Source: an uncultured archaeon (GTDB lineage Archaea > Asgardarchaeota > Heimdallarchaeia > Heimdallarchaeales > Heimdallarchaeaceae). From it: a stretch of DNA of 64,000 bases. The translations under genes and the position numbers were made by a program. Under the pieces are notes generated by a model. It did not search any database. It was not told the DNA's origin and saw nothing but the letters and a program-made list of their open reading frames with translations. Shown piece after piece: positions 52,376 through 63,044 of the stretch. How positions within the stretch are numbered: the first letter of the stretch is position 1; each line of letters starts with the position of its first letter. The stretch lies in assembly GCA_964534625.1 (NCBI GenBank), contig CAZHRF010000004.1:1-64000 (forward strand), given 5' to 3'.

Positions 52376-55300
52376 ATGACGAAGAAAAAATCAGATATCT
52401 CTACCGAAGTAGATGTAAAACATAGAGAACAATTCACGAATTTAACGAAAATGCCCGATTTTCCTAAAATAGAAAATCAAATATTAGAATTCTGGGAAAA
52501 CATTGGTGCCTTTGAACGATTAGTGAAAAAAAATGAGAATAGTGAAAGATGGCCATTTTTTGATGGTCCAATTACAGCTAATAACCCAATGGGTGTCCAC
52601 CATGCTTGGGGTCGCACTTTAAAAGATGCTTACCAAAGATACCATGCTATGCTAGGGTATAAACTTCGCTATCAAAATGGATTTGATGGTCAAGGTTTAT
52701 GGGTGGAAGTAGAAGTTGAAAAAGCCTTAGGGTTAAATTCCAAAAAAGACATTATGGAATATGGTGTGGACAAATTCTCTATTGCTTGTAAAGAACGAGT
52801 GAAACGATTTGCAAATGTTATTATAGAACAATCTAAACGTTTAGGACAATGGATGGATTGGGGAAACGATTATTTCACATACGATGATACAAACATTGAA
52901 CATATCTGGTTTTTCTTGAAAAAATGTCATGAGAATGGTTGGTTATACCAAGGAGAACGAGTTATGCAATGGTGTCCTCGTTGTGAGACTTCTTTATCAG
53001 CACATGAAATGGCTGATAGCTATAAACAGCTGACCCATACAGCAGTATTTCTGAAATTGCCGGTAAAGGGAGAAGAAAACACCTATTTTATTGTGTGGAC
53101 AACAACTCCTTGGACGTTAACTGCTAATACAGCTTTAGCAGTTCATGCTGATCTTACCTATTTACTAGTAGAAGAAAATAGTACTCGATATTACCTTGCT
53201 GAAGGTACTGAACATCATCTAAAGGGTGATTGGGAAGAAATAAAGCAAATATCTGGTAAAGACCTCATAGGGAAAGAATTCACTGGACCTTTTGAAGACT
53301 TACCCGTTCAAAAAAATCTAGAAAAACGACCGGTAATCAAATGGGATGAAGTTTCGAATGATGAAGGCTCAGGAATCGTCCATATTGCTCCTGGGTGTGG
53401 TGTCGAAGACTATGAATTAGGAGAGATTCATGATCTTCAAGTAATTTCCCCTATTGATGAAACAGGACGATTTTTAGAAGATTATAAGTATCTTGCTGGC
53501 ATTACAACCAAAGAAGCTGTAGATGTTATAATTAATAATTTGCAGGAGAAAGGACTTCTATACAAATATGAAAATTATACGCACCGTTACCCTGTTTGTT
53601 GGCGCTGTAAAACCGAATTGGTATTTAAATTGGAACATGAATGGTTTATTGACTGCGATGAAATTCGTCCTTTACTGAAAGAAACAGCAGAAAAAGTTCT
53701 TTGGGAACCACCATATCTTGCAAAGGATATGCAAAACTGGCTAAATAATATGGATGATTGGTGTATTAGTAGGAAAAGATATTGGGGTCTACCTTTACCA
53801 TTTTATAAATGTAAGAATTGTGACCAGCTCACAGTAGTTGGTACAACAAAAGAATTAGCTGAACTAGCCATTGATAAGGATGCCCTTGAATCATTACCCG
53901 AATTACATAAACCTTGGATTGATGATATAACCATTGAATGTCCAAATTGTGGTGAGGAAGTAGAAAGAATTCCAGCGGTAGGTGATTGTTGGCTTGATGC
54001 AGGTATTGTTCCTTTTTCAACCTTGCATTATTTAGAAGATGAAGCTCATGAGTACTGGAAAAAATGGTTTCCAGCTGAGCTCATTGTGGAAATGAAAGAA
54101 CAGATTAGACTTTGGTTTTATTCACAATTGTTTATGTCTGTTACTATAATTGGTGATACGCCCTATAAACGTGTAATTGCGTTTGAAGAGGTGCGAGATG
54201 AAAAAGGTGAAAGAATGTCTAAGACAGCCGCTAATGCCATTACTTTCGATGTAGCAGCTGAAAAAATGGGTGCTGACATTATGAGATGGATGTATTCATC
54301 AGCAAATCTCAAAAACCAACTTAATTTTGGATTCAATCTTGGTAAAGAAGTCAAAAGAAAAATGTTAGGGTTATGGAATGTTGCATATTTTCTATTATCA
54401 TCTGCTCAAGCTGATGAATACACAATGAATAAAATTAAACCTTATCAAGAGCGAGAAAAACAAAAAATTATTGATAAATGGTTGTTGGCCGAGGTACAAA
54501 AATCACTTGAAATTATCAGACACAGCTATGATGATCTAAACATTCAAAAAGTAACAGAGGAAGTTGAAGACTTCATTGAATTAATATCAAATTGGTATGT
54601 ACGAATGAATAGAAGGCGTTTCTGGAAAAATACCAATGATGATGACAAGAAAGAAGCCTATGGAACCTTATACGAAGCCTTGATCGTACTTATAAAAGCG
54701 ATAGCTCCTATTGTTCCATTTATTACCGAAACATTATATCAAAATCTTGCAACAGAAGACGAATATGTTACTAAACCAAGTGTTCATTTATGCTCATTTC
54801 CAGAAGTAAATGAGAAACTTAAGAACCCAAAATTGATCAAACAATTTGATTATGTTGCCAAAGTTATCTCTATGGCGTTGAAACTACGAAATAACTCTCA
54901 ATTGCGGATTAGATTACCCCTGTCGTCTCTTGACATTTATTCAATTCATCCTGAAGTTAGAGAAGCTATTGAATTATTCAGCAAACAGATTAAGTCAGAA
55001 TTAAATGTGAAAAAGATTGAATTCAATGAAGATTTAACGGAATCAATTGTTTTTGAAATTCAACCCAATTATTCGGTTGTAGGACCAAAATTCAAAGAAC
55101 AACTCAAATATATTGAAGAAAAATTGACCGAAATGTCACAAGAGAAACTAAATAATTTGTTCCAAAACCCAACAGCCGTAAAACTAGACATTAAAGGCGA
55201 TTCGGTTGTTCTCAGTGAGGAAGATTATGATATTCACATTAAGGATAAAGAAGGCCATGCTACCATGTTTGAATCTGATATCATGGTGTCATTAGACCTT

Positions 55301-55597
55301 GAATTGAATCCTGAATTAAAAGCTGAAGGCTATGCAAGAGATATCGTTAGATATATCCAGAATATGCGACGAGAAATTGATCTTGAAATTACTGAAGAAA
55401 TTAATCTGGCAATAATAATAAAAGAAATGCCTTCTGAACTTGTCGATATAGTTAAGGAGTTCATTGATTATATAGCTTCTGAAACATTGGCTGCTAACGT
55501 AAAATTCAATGAAACGCTTGAAGAAGTTCAGAAAGAAACAGAAATGAAGGTAGATGATGTAGCTATAGATTTACAAATATGTCCTGTAAACTCTTAA
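52376..55597 (+). CDS. ileS: Isoleucine--tRNA ligase (IleRS2 type, GVHH signature)
   Basis: DGPITANNPMGVHH, WTTTPWTL, GSGIVHIAP, DWCISRKRYWG, RMSKT, SNWYVRMNRRRFW; start ATG 52376 after GGAG. Confidence 0.95.
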   Translation: MTKKKSDISTEVDVKHREQFTNLTKMPDFPKIENQILEFWENIGAFERLVKKNENSERWPFFDGPITANNPMGVHHAWGRTLKDAYQRYHAMLGYKLRYQNGFDGQGLWVEVEVEKALGLNSKKDIMEYGVDKFSIACKERVKRFANVIIEQSKRLGQWMDWGNDYFTYDDTNIEHIWFFLKKCHENGWLYQGERVMQWCPRCETSLSAHEMADSYKQLTHTAVFLKLPVKGEENTYFIVWTTTPWTLTANTALAVHADLTYLLVEENSTRYYLAEGTEHHLKGDWEEIKQISGKDLIGKEFTGPFEDLPVQKNLEKRPVIKWDEVSNDEGSGIVHIAPGCGVEDYELGEIHDLQVISPIDETGRFLEDYKYLAGITTKEAVDVIINNLQEKGLLYKYENYTHRYPVCWRCKTELVFKLEHEWFIDCDEIRPLLKETAEKVLWEPPYLAKDMQNWLNNMDDWCISRKRYWGLPLPFYKCKNCDQLTVVGTTKELAELAIDKDALESLPELHKPWIDDITIECPNCGEEVERIPAVGDCWLDAGIVPFSTLHYLEDEAHEYWKKWFPAELIVEMKEQIRLWFYSQLFMSVTIIGDTPYKRVIAFEEVRDEKGERMSKTAANAITFDVAAEKMGADIMRWMYSSANLKNQLNFGFNLGKEVKRKMLGLWNVAYFLLSSAQADEYTMNKIKPYQEREKQKIIDKWLLAEVQKSLEIIRHSYDDLNIQKVTEEVEDFIELISNWYVRMNRRRFWKNTNDDDKKEAYGTLYEALIVLIKAIAPIVPFITETLYQNLATEDEYVTKPSVHLCSFPEVNEKLKNPKLIKQFDYVAKVISMALKLRNNSQLRIRLPLSSLDIYSIHPEVREAIELFSKQIKSELNVKKIEFNEDLTESIVFEIQPNYSVVGPKFKEQLKYIEEKLTEMSQEKLNNLFQNPTAVKLDIKGDSVVLSEEDYDIHIKDKEGHATMFESDIMVSLDLELNPELKAEGYARDIVRYIQNMRREIDLEITEEINLAIIIKEMPSELVDIVKEFIDYIASETLAANVKFNETLEEVQKETEMKVDDVAIDLQICPVNS

Positions 55598-55801
55598 CAA
55601 ATTCCTTCAATAGTTTTTATTTTTCATTTCTATTTTATTTTACTTTCTACTTTTTTTAGGTGTACTTACTCCTTTATATACCCTCTCAAAATAACGTGAA
55701 AAGAGAAGCAGCAAAGACAAAAAACAGGGTTGTGGGAGAAAAAATCACAATGGTTGGAAATAATAAAAAAGTAAATCTAAAAAGTAGCTATTCATTTCAT
55801 A

Positions 55802-55862
55802 CAAGACGATAAATAAGTTATCTAACATAGGGATAATGAGTGTAAGGGGAAATAATGATCTT
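55802..55862 (+). repeat. 61-bp copy of the 3' part of the LRR gene (42393-42453)
   Basis: 58/61 identical by direct alignment. Confidence 0.92.
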
Positions 55863-55992
55863 GACACTTATCGCTCCCAGGTGTAACAACACTGGATACC
55901 TTGGTATTCTTGTGTTGTTCTCCTTTTATCACGTGTCCAGTTGGGTGAGGTGATACACTGGCGGGTGTATTGGGTTACGTACCCAGTTGTAC
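55863..55992 (-). mobile_element. Degenerate tnpB zinc-finger relic
   Basis: Minus frame reads YVTQYTRQCITSPNWTRDKRRTTQEYQGIQCCYTWER*V, resembling the TnpB YTSQxC...NRxxQxxFxCxxCGYxxDRD pattern; locally higher GC. Confidence 0.45.
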
Positions 55993-56343
55993 CCAAAAGA
56001 ACTCATGATAACCTGTAATACTTTCAGTTAAATATGCAATTATAAGTAAAAGGAAACCAACGATTAATTGCTTCTTTAAGACTCTACTAACAGCTAAACC
56101 TTTTTTAAGATTATTTTGCATGGAAATAGAATTACATATAGTTGAAATGAGCAAGAAAAAACCGGCCCAACCACCAAGAAAAGCAATCACTATTAATATT
56201 CATGTACTAAAAATAGGTCTTTGTTCAATCGAAGACCAAGAATCAGTCCAGCTACGATCATAGACACGCATAACAGTATGTAATATTAACATAATCCATA
56301 TGGCGATTCCACGGAGGAAATCAAGAGAAGCATAACGTTTCAA
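55975..56343 (-). pseudogene. Truncated HGSNAT/DUF1624-like acyltransferase pseudogene (homologue of 24935-26332)
   Basis: KRYASLDFLRGIAIWIMLILH...IAFLGGWAGFFLLIS; in-frame TGA at 56200-56202; truncated after about 120 codons. Confidence 0.82.
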
Positions 56344-56487
56344 TTTAGGTACCTATCAATTGCCAGCAAAACTATTATTTAATATTTATCCTAAGTATCG
56401 AACTAAGAGATATAAAAAAAATCCAAGCATAAGGAAAAATATCATTAAACTTCCAAATCTTCCTAAAAAAACTCATAACAACATTTT

Positions 56488-57210
56488 TTAATCAAAAAAA
56501 TCAAAATCTTTTAGTTTATTTGAGTCTTCAACGGACAAAGGAATAATAAGCTGTTTTCTCTGGGGATGTTTTTGCTCTTTGTATCTATATAATGGAATTG
56601 TCAATGTCAAACAAAAGGTCAATAAAGCTAGTCCTTTATCTGATAGAAAGTTAAATACGAAGACATAGGTAGGTAAGGCTAAAATAACTAATTTAAAGAC
56701 CCATTTGAATACCGAAAATAATTTTATATTTTTAAATTGTTTAAATTCGGAAAGTACGGGCATACTATTGAGAAATACAATAAATCCAAGTATTTGAATA
56801 GCTAATGAAAGCCAAATATTGTATGTACTAATGTATCTTCCTAAGATCATTAACCCTCCTCCTATTATAGAGAGGAGGAACAAGACGCCTGTGATATTTG
56901 CTGTAATCAAACAATCAAAATCTTTTATTTCGCTAGGTATTTGAAATTCCAGCTCGTCCTCGTTTTCATGCTCTATAGGGACTGAATAGATCCAAAAAAA
57001 GAATTTACGGATAGGATAGCGGATCATTGTGAAAGTCAACCTGAATCCTTTAAGAAATTTTTTTGGGATAAGTAGCAGGAACAGGCGGAGCGAAAGAGAA
57101 TAGAGCCAGAATCTCAAATAGAATAGCAGAACCTCTAATAGAACGACCAATGAGTCATTTATTAGATAGGATAGATTTGTCATGTCTGTCTGCACCTTAA
57201 TAGTGTACAA
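56488..57210 (-). CDS. Hypothetical membrane protein
   Basis: Several hydrophobic segments; co-oriented 38 bp downstream of 57249-59153. Confidence 0.6.
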   Translation of the reverse strand: MYTIKVQTDMTNLSYLINDSLVVLLEVLLFYLRFWLYSLSLRLFLLLIPKKFLKGFRLTFTMIRYPIRKFFFWIYSVPIEHENEDELEFQIPSEIKDFDCLITANITGVLFLLSIIGGGLMILGRYISTYNIWLSLAIQILGFIVFLNSMPVLSEFKQFKNIKLFSVFKWVFKLVILALPTYVFVFNFLSDKGLALLTFCLTLTIPLYRYKEQKHPQRKQLIIPLSVEDSNKLKDFDFFD

Positions 57211-57248
57211 ATGAATATATAAAGTTGAATGAGAGAATAAACACTCTA

Positions 57249-59153
57249 CTATACCTCTAATATATAGTGGTGACTAGATGCCACAGATTTAGTAGAAACT
57301 GAGTCTTTTTTCTTTTTTAGAATAACCCGAGGAAGAATTATTAAAACAATCCATATGGCGATTATTGCTCCTCCTTGAATTATTTGCTGCTGGTTATTGA
57401 CTATTTGAGCAAGGATTGTATCTGCAGATAAATCATCAAACCCCCTACTTATTATGGATAAGTCATAGACAAAAGAAGTAAGTAGTAGATGGCTTCCTTC
57501 TCCCTGAAAAGTTAGCTTGAACAACAATTCAGCTAATCCTTGAGGAATTATGAAATTAAAACTGAACTGGAAAGGATCTATTGTCTTAGTTTTATCTGAT
57601 ATAATAGTGTTATCGAGGTATATAGCTAAGGAAACTTTATCTACTGGGATGGCATTTATTTCTGTCCATACCATATTCACTGTCAATGAGTAATCTTCGC
57701 CTGGATTAGCAATTTCAAGAACATCATATAATTCAACGGTTTTAAATTTTATAGTTGAAGAGACCTGCACTTCTTCTGGGGTACCTATTAATTCTTTGGA
57801 AACAGTTGTAGATAACGTCTCTATTTTCTTCGCTTCTAATCTAAGATCATTATAGATATAGAAATGTCCTTTTCCAAATGATTCTCCTTGAAGAATCAGA
57901 AAGATTGGAGCTGTAAATTTCAAAGAATATCCCTCTATAATCAGTTTATTCTTATTTGTTGATTGTTCAGAATACACTATTTGTGATTTAGCAATATATG
58001 CTGAATTTTGTTCGATATACACATCTATACCCGCATAAAAGCGAGAGCCTTCACAGCTATAATTGAATGATAAGCGGAAAACTGAATTTTCATAGATATA
58101 TGAAGGTTTATAGTCTGTAATGTCTATTTTAGCACTCAATTGTTTATCCCATTCTATTTTGGATATATAGTCCTCAATAGGATCAGGATCAGGTTCAGGT
58201 TCGGGATCAGGGGGGTTTTCACTATCATCTGGTATCTCTTTATCTACTTTCTCATAATTCACAATAAGATCAAAGTTTTCAATTGTTAGCACTGTTTTGA
58301 GAAAGCTTATTTTGAAAGAAAATTCTATGATATTAAGACCAGTTGAAAGGTTCCCTTGAAATTCCCAGTTAGTTATAGTATTGTAATTAGTTTGAGAACC
58401 ATATTTTGTATCATTAATTTTTAGTGTAAGTGTACTAGAAAAAGCATCAAAATCATTACTATCAAGAGTTAACAAAATATTTGTTTCAACAGTTTCAATA
58501 TCTTTTGATGCAGATGATTTAATAATAATACCTGAACTAATGGTAAAACTGATTGAACTATAAGGTGCAGATTCAGTATAATATGTAGGGGGGGTCACTA
58601 CAAGCTGTTGTGTAAAGTTTTCTTTTGTAGCTACAGTAGGGATATTTAATTTTTCGAATCCACTTGTATTATAAAGCGTAAGTGATCCTGTTTGACCTAT
58701 AGCAGATTTTCCTTCAGCAGTTATTACTATACTAGCTAAACCATTAAAAGGCATATCCAAAAGAAGAGAGAAAGAAAGGCTATGATTCAAAGTATCTTGC
58801 AGTGTAGAGAGTATCTTGCAGGATAGAGACTTATTTAAGGTAAGAATATTTAACTCTACTTTAATACCAGCCATTGAAGAAGGGTCACCTGACGAAGAAA
58901 AGTGAAAAGTAAAATAATTAAGGTAAGAAAGGTCTAGAAAGATCTCAAAAAAGTATTCCTGAGACTTGCCTGAACTGTTATACACATAGTTAATAGATGA
59001 ACCAATAGTATTGATTGGGGTTGTATCTATCGATCTAGAAGTACGAGGGGTGATTTCCTTAGTTGTTGCATTAACTACTAAGGGTGAAATAATTAAACTA
59101 TATATTAGTATAGTATACACTATCGTGTATACTCTAATTTGTCTGCCTATCAT
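57249..59153 (-). CDS. Secreted beta-rich surface protein with a PEPEPDPDP linker and C-terminal TM anchor
   Basis: Signal peptide, S/T/I/F-rich body, acidic proline linker, C-terminal TM helix and KKKK. Confidence 0.7.
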   Translation of the reverse strand: MIGRQIRVYTIVYTILIYSLIISPLVVNATTKEITPRTSRSIDTTPINTIGSSINYVYNSSGKSQEYFFEIFLDLSYLNYFTFHFSSSGDPSSMAGIKVELNILTLNKSLSCKILSTLQDTLNHSLSFSLLLDMPFNGLASIVITAEGKSAIGQTGSLTLYNTSGFEKLNIPTVATKENFTQQLVVTPPTYYTESAPYSSISFTISSGIIIKSSASKDIETVETNILLTLDSNDFDAFSSTLTLKINDTKYGSQTNYNTITNWEFQGNLSTGLNIIEFSFKISFLKTVLTIENFDLIVNYEKVDKEIPDDSENPPDPEPEPDPDPIEDYISKIEWDKQLSAKIDITDYKPSYIYENSVFRLSFNYSCEGSRFYAGIDVYIEQNSAYIAKSQIVYSEQSTNKNKLIIEGYSLKFTAPIFLILQGESFGKGHFYIYNDLRLEAKKIETLSTTVSKELIGTPEEVQVSSTIKFKTVELYDVLEIANPGEDYSLTVNMVWTEINAIPVDKVSLAIYLDNTIISDKTKTIDPFQFSFNFIIPQGLAELLFKLTFQGEGSHLLLTSFVYDLSIISRGFDDLSADTILAQIVNNQQQIIQGGAIIAIWIVLIILPRVILKKKKDSVSTKSVASSHHYILEV

Positions 59154-59351
59154 TGTCTGTCAACTAATAAATGTCTCATTTCGTTTATAAAGCGGATAAA
59201 AGCGGTCTTATGATATTATAGGCATACACACAACTAAACAAAGTTGTGTAAAACTTAATGATTAAAATTGACAATAAACACGCATGTGACGATCCACATA
59301 GTACAGAATAAGTTTTTTATTGATAAAAAATGAAACAGTAAATAGAAGGCT

Positions 59352-60722
59352 TTAGTCTAATTCTTCACGGACGATATTTTCAGTTTCTTCTGTCTTTGTT
59401 TCTTCTTGAATTGAATCTTTTATTTGGGCTATTTTTTCTTTTCCTACAATAGGCATCAAATAAATCAATGGTGAGATCCCAATAAAGTAAATGATTGCTG
59501 TGACCATGAAAGCCAGACTAAAGTTATCATCACCAATTAAAAAGCCTCCAAGAACCGCGCTGATATTCCAAAATAACCCAAAGCTAATTGTTTTGATGGC
59601 ATTAAGTTTTCCTCTATGTCTTTTAGGAATCACATCCATCAGAATGCTTCTGCTTAAAGGTTCAGAAGCGTTCATAAGTGATCCCCTTGCTATGAAAAGG
59701 AAATAGAGTAACCAAACAGGAGGATAAAAAATCAACGCGACTAAACACAGTGTGGCACTAAGCTGAGTTATAAAAATCAACTGCACACGTCCTCTTTCTA
59801 GTGAAAATTGTTGGCTAATAATTCCGGAAACTCCTGTAAAAACACTAGTTAATCCTAGTATTAGCTGTACGTCAATGGGGGTAAGACCATAAATATCTTT
59901 TAGGAAAATTGGGAAGAACTTGACTGTCATACCAGCTCCCATTCCTATAATAATTGAGCTACTGACTAATAAAATAGGTATAAGTTTAGCTGTTTTCGAA
60001 TAAGAAATATCAGCATACACTGCACTTAGTTCTTTACTTTCTTGAATCTTTACCGTCTCTTCAAGTATTTCTTCACTTTCTTCACCCAATGAACGCTTGT
60101 CCTTAAAGAAAACCATAACAATTAATGAGAGAAAAGAAGCCAATATACCAATGGTCATCACTTGCTTGAGAATAGATATTTGCCATTCATTTCCAAAAAT
60201 TAAAAACAAAAAAATGGTAGTTATGGGACCAGAAGCTTGTGCTACTTGTCTGGCAAAGTGTAACCATGAGAAAATTCTTGATCTTGTCCCAGACTCGATA
60301 GAATCTGCTAATATTGATTCTAAACTAGGTCGAGTTAACGCTTGAAATAGCCCCCAAAGGAATAAAGTAACGAAAATGGCAGGTATTGTATCATATATTA
60401 GTATTACTAAAAGACTCGCAACACCAACTATAGCTGCTGTTCTAAGAACGGTATCTCGCCCTATCTTATCGGCAATATATCCTGAAGGAAATACAAATAA
60501 GGTTAATGTTAAGCCTGTAGCCCCACTAGTAAGCCCCAAAAGTTCATTAGGTGTAAAACCATAAGAGTTTTCAGAGATCTCGGCAATAATTACGATATAA
60601 TTAGATAGCACAGAGCCCATCCAAATACCTCTTCCAAATGATTGTAAAATGGAGAATAAAAAGACTAGTTTCACATTATAATTCATAGAACGTAATGTAG
60701 TTTTAATACTTGAAGAACTCAT
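59352..60722 (-). CDS. MFS transporter
   Basis: Motif A GYIADKIGR; 12 TM helices in two halves. Confidence 0.9.
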   Translation of the reverse strand: MSSSSIKTTLRSMNYNVKLVFLFSILQSFGRGIWMGSVLSNYIVIIAEISENSYGFTPNELLGLTSGATGLTLTLFVFPSGYIADKIGRDTVLRTAAIVGVASLLVILIYDTIPAIFVTLFLWGLFQALTRPSLESILADSIESGTRSRIFSWLHFARQVAQASGPITTIFLFLIFGNEWQISILKQVMTIGILASFLSLIVMVFFKDKRSLGEESEEILEETVKIQESKELSAVYADISYSKTAKLIPILLVSSSIIIGMGAGMTVKFFPIFLKDIYGLTPIDVQLILGLTSVFTGVSGIISQQFSLERGRVQLIFITQLSATLCLVALIFYPPVWLLYFLFIARGSLMNASEPLSRSILMDVIPKRHRGKLNAIKTISFGLFWNISAVLGGFLIGDDNFSLAFMVTAIIYFIGISPLIYLMPIVGKEKIAQIKDSIQEETKTEETENIVREELD

Positions 60723-61148
60723 ATTCTTTCCTCACTTTCTGAGAGATAAACTCAAATCTCTATTAAAAATATTGTTAAACGACAAATAAAGATAATAAAC
60801 AGTCAACAAAAAATAATCTGATCAATGCAAATTTTCTAGTCTTCTCTTCTCTCTCTCTAGGAGCATTTGAGCTATTTCATGATCTGAAAAAATGAGTTTG
60901 GTATTTATAGCACCATTTAATCTGACCGACGATTTTAAGTTCAGCTATTAGAGAGTAAAATTCATTCAATGGTTAAAAATAACATAGTTGAAGGATCTAT
61001 CACTAATATTGAAAAATTATTTACCGACTCTTTTAATATCATGAAACAAAACACTTAGCATGAAAAGATTCTTGCAAAAAATCCGAATAAATCTGGAATA
61101 TGACATAAACATTAAAATTTAAAAAAAAGGAAATGAGAACTTCTGAGT

Positions 61149-62738
61149 CTATATTGTATAACTACTCGAAGTTTCTATATTTTGTGATGAATCGTATATC
61201 CAATCCGTTTTAACAATATCTTCAACAGTTACTGTATGTGTACCTGTCTCACAATATTCTTGTTTGAAGTAAGCAATACCATTACTATCTGTAAGCGCGG
61301 TCATTGTTGTACTAGTACCATCAGGAAAAGTCCAAGTTATTGTTACTTCAGCATTAGCTACAACATTACCATCTCCATCAACTACCAAGATGAATGCCTC
61401 TAAAATTCTGTTTGGATATCTACCGCGTTTGTAGGTATACTCCCAATCAATAGATTGAACATGCATTGTATTACTTAATTCACCTTCACTGTTTTCTACT
61501 GTGATCGATATTTGATCTGAATTTGTATTTCCTGAAGTATCATAAGCAATAGCTTTTATGATGTAACTACCGTTCTCTACCGTTGTTGAATCCCAAGAGA
61601 TACTATAAGGCTCTGATGTGTCAGTGCCTATCAAAGTATTATCTACATAAAATTCGACTTTAGAAACGCCTACATCATCACTGGCATCAGCACTTATTGT
61701 CACAATACCAGATACAGTAGCACCATCAGCAGGATCAGTTATGGTAACTGTTGGCGGAGTTGTATCATCACTACCCCCACCTGAACCTATACCTGAATTA
61801 AGACCAGCATGATAAATTATTTTACCTAAAGAGGTTGACGCGAGTTTTAATTGGTCTACATTCCAATAATAAAGTTGGTCTGTTGTTCCTTCAATTTCAA
61901 CTCCATGGTGAACTGTGACTATTTTATTATCAAATCCATAAACTATTTCTTCAAGAAAGGCTTGGTAATAATCACCAACATCTTGCCCTTCATAACCAGT
62001 AGTTCTTCCTTCTCTATCTGGACCCATATTTGAGTATTGTGCAACCCATAATGCTTCATCATGCGCAGTATCATTATGCAAAGATAATGTAATATCTGGT
62101 CGTATTGAATCAAATTCGATTTCATATGCATCTAACGCTCGATCCGTAGCTTTTTCATGGCAAGAATGATAAGACATACGGTACATGTAATCGCCTATCC
62201 GTCCAGAATAATCTTCGTGCTCTTTTCCATTTTCAGTAGCGTCATCGTCAGTATGCATAGGATTACCCAAATCCCCAAGGTAATGAGCAAGAAGTCCTAA
62301 AGATTTTCTAGCATCAGACGTATAAACAGAATCTGAAGGCTGTCCCTCATTAACCCATAAGGTAAGATTTCCTACAACCCAATCATATGTCCATTGTACA
62401 GCGTCAGGTGCACCCCGATCAGGAGGACCTCCACAATAACCATAATCACCAAAATCATAATTGTGGTTAGTCCAATCTTGATATACCATGTCAGGTACCT
62501 CTGTCCAATAAAAGAATTCAGATATGTCTTCTTCGATCCAAGCAGTTAATTCAGGATAATTCTCTTTTACGTACAACATCCCATATTTTGCTATTTGATC
62601 ATGTGTTCCATAATCTGGATTGCTCTCCGATGTGGATTTCCCTCCATTTGACCAAGCGTAAGCTTGATAGCATATAGAGGATATAAAAAGAAATCCAAAT
62701 AGGATAGTTACAAAAGTTATTTTTGTTTTTTTTTCCAT
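61149..62738 (-). CDS. Secreted Zn-dependent phospholipase C / S1-P1 nuclease-fold protein with Ig-like domains
   Basis: Signal peptide ending AYA then mature N-terminal W; GTHD, PD, HYLGDLGNPMH, HSCHE; DTTPPTV..ASDDVGVSKVEFYVD Ig-like domain. Confidence 0.8.
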   Translation of the reverse strand: MEKKTKITFVTILFGFLFISSICYQAYAWSNGGKSTSESNPDYGTHDQIAKYGMLYVKENYPELTAWIEEDISEFFYWTEVPDMVYQDWTNHNYDFGDYGYCGGPPDRGAPDAVQWTYDWVVGNLTLWVNEGQPSDSVYTSDARKSLGLLAHYLGDLGNPMHTDDDATENGKEHEDYSGRIGDYMYRMSYHSCHEKATDRALDAYEIEFDSIRPDITLSLHNDTAHDEALWVAQYSNMGPDREGRTTGYEGQDVGDYYQAFLEEIVYGFDNKIVTVHHGVEIEGTTDQLYYWNVDQLKLASTSLGKIIYHAGLNSGIGSGGGSDDTTPPTVTITDPADGATVSGIVTISADASDDVGVSKVEFYVDNTLIGTDTSEPYSISWDSTTVENGSYIIKAIAYDTSGNTNSDQISITVENSEGELSNTMHVQSIDWEYTYKRGRYPNRILEAFILVVDGDGNVVANAEVTITWTFPDGTSTTMTALTDSNGIAYFKQEYCETGTHTVTVEDIVKTDWIYDSSQNIETSSSYTI

Positions 62739-63044
62739 TATAACACCAAAGCAATAGCTTTGAATGCTAGAAGACTAGCTTAATTATAATTATTGTCTAC
62801 AGAAATTTGGTAAAAAAACTAAATTTGTTTTTTGGTATTTTTTTGTCGGAACTTTAATAGGAATCCCTACAATTTTTGTCTTAACTGCAATAAACGATAA
62901 ATTACTCTTAGACGCTGTCAATTTTTATTATTTTTTGCATTACATATTGGATATTATTTGTTGAAAAATATACATATCCTGCCTGACATTTCTGAAATAA
63001 TCTATTTTATTTTAATAATTACTCTACAGAGTAAATGTTCATGC

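Noticed and set aside
56200-56202. In-frame TGA as selenocysteine recoding
   Set aside because: It falls in a TM segment of a non-redox membrane protein, and the gene is truncated shortly afterwards; a nonsense mutation is simpler.
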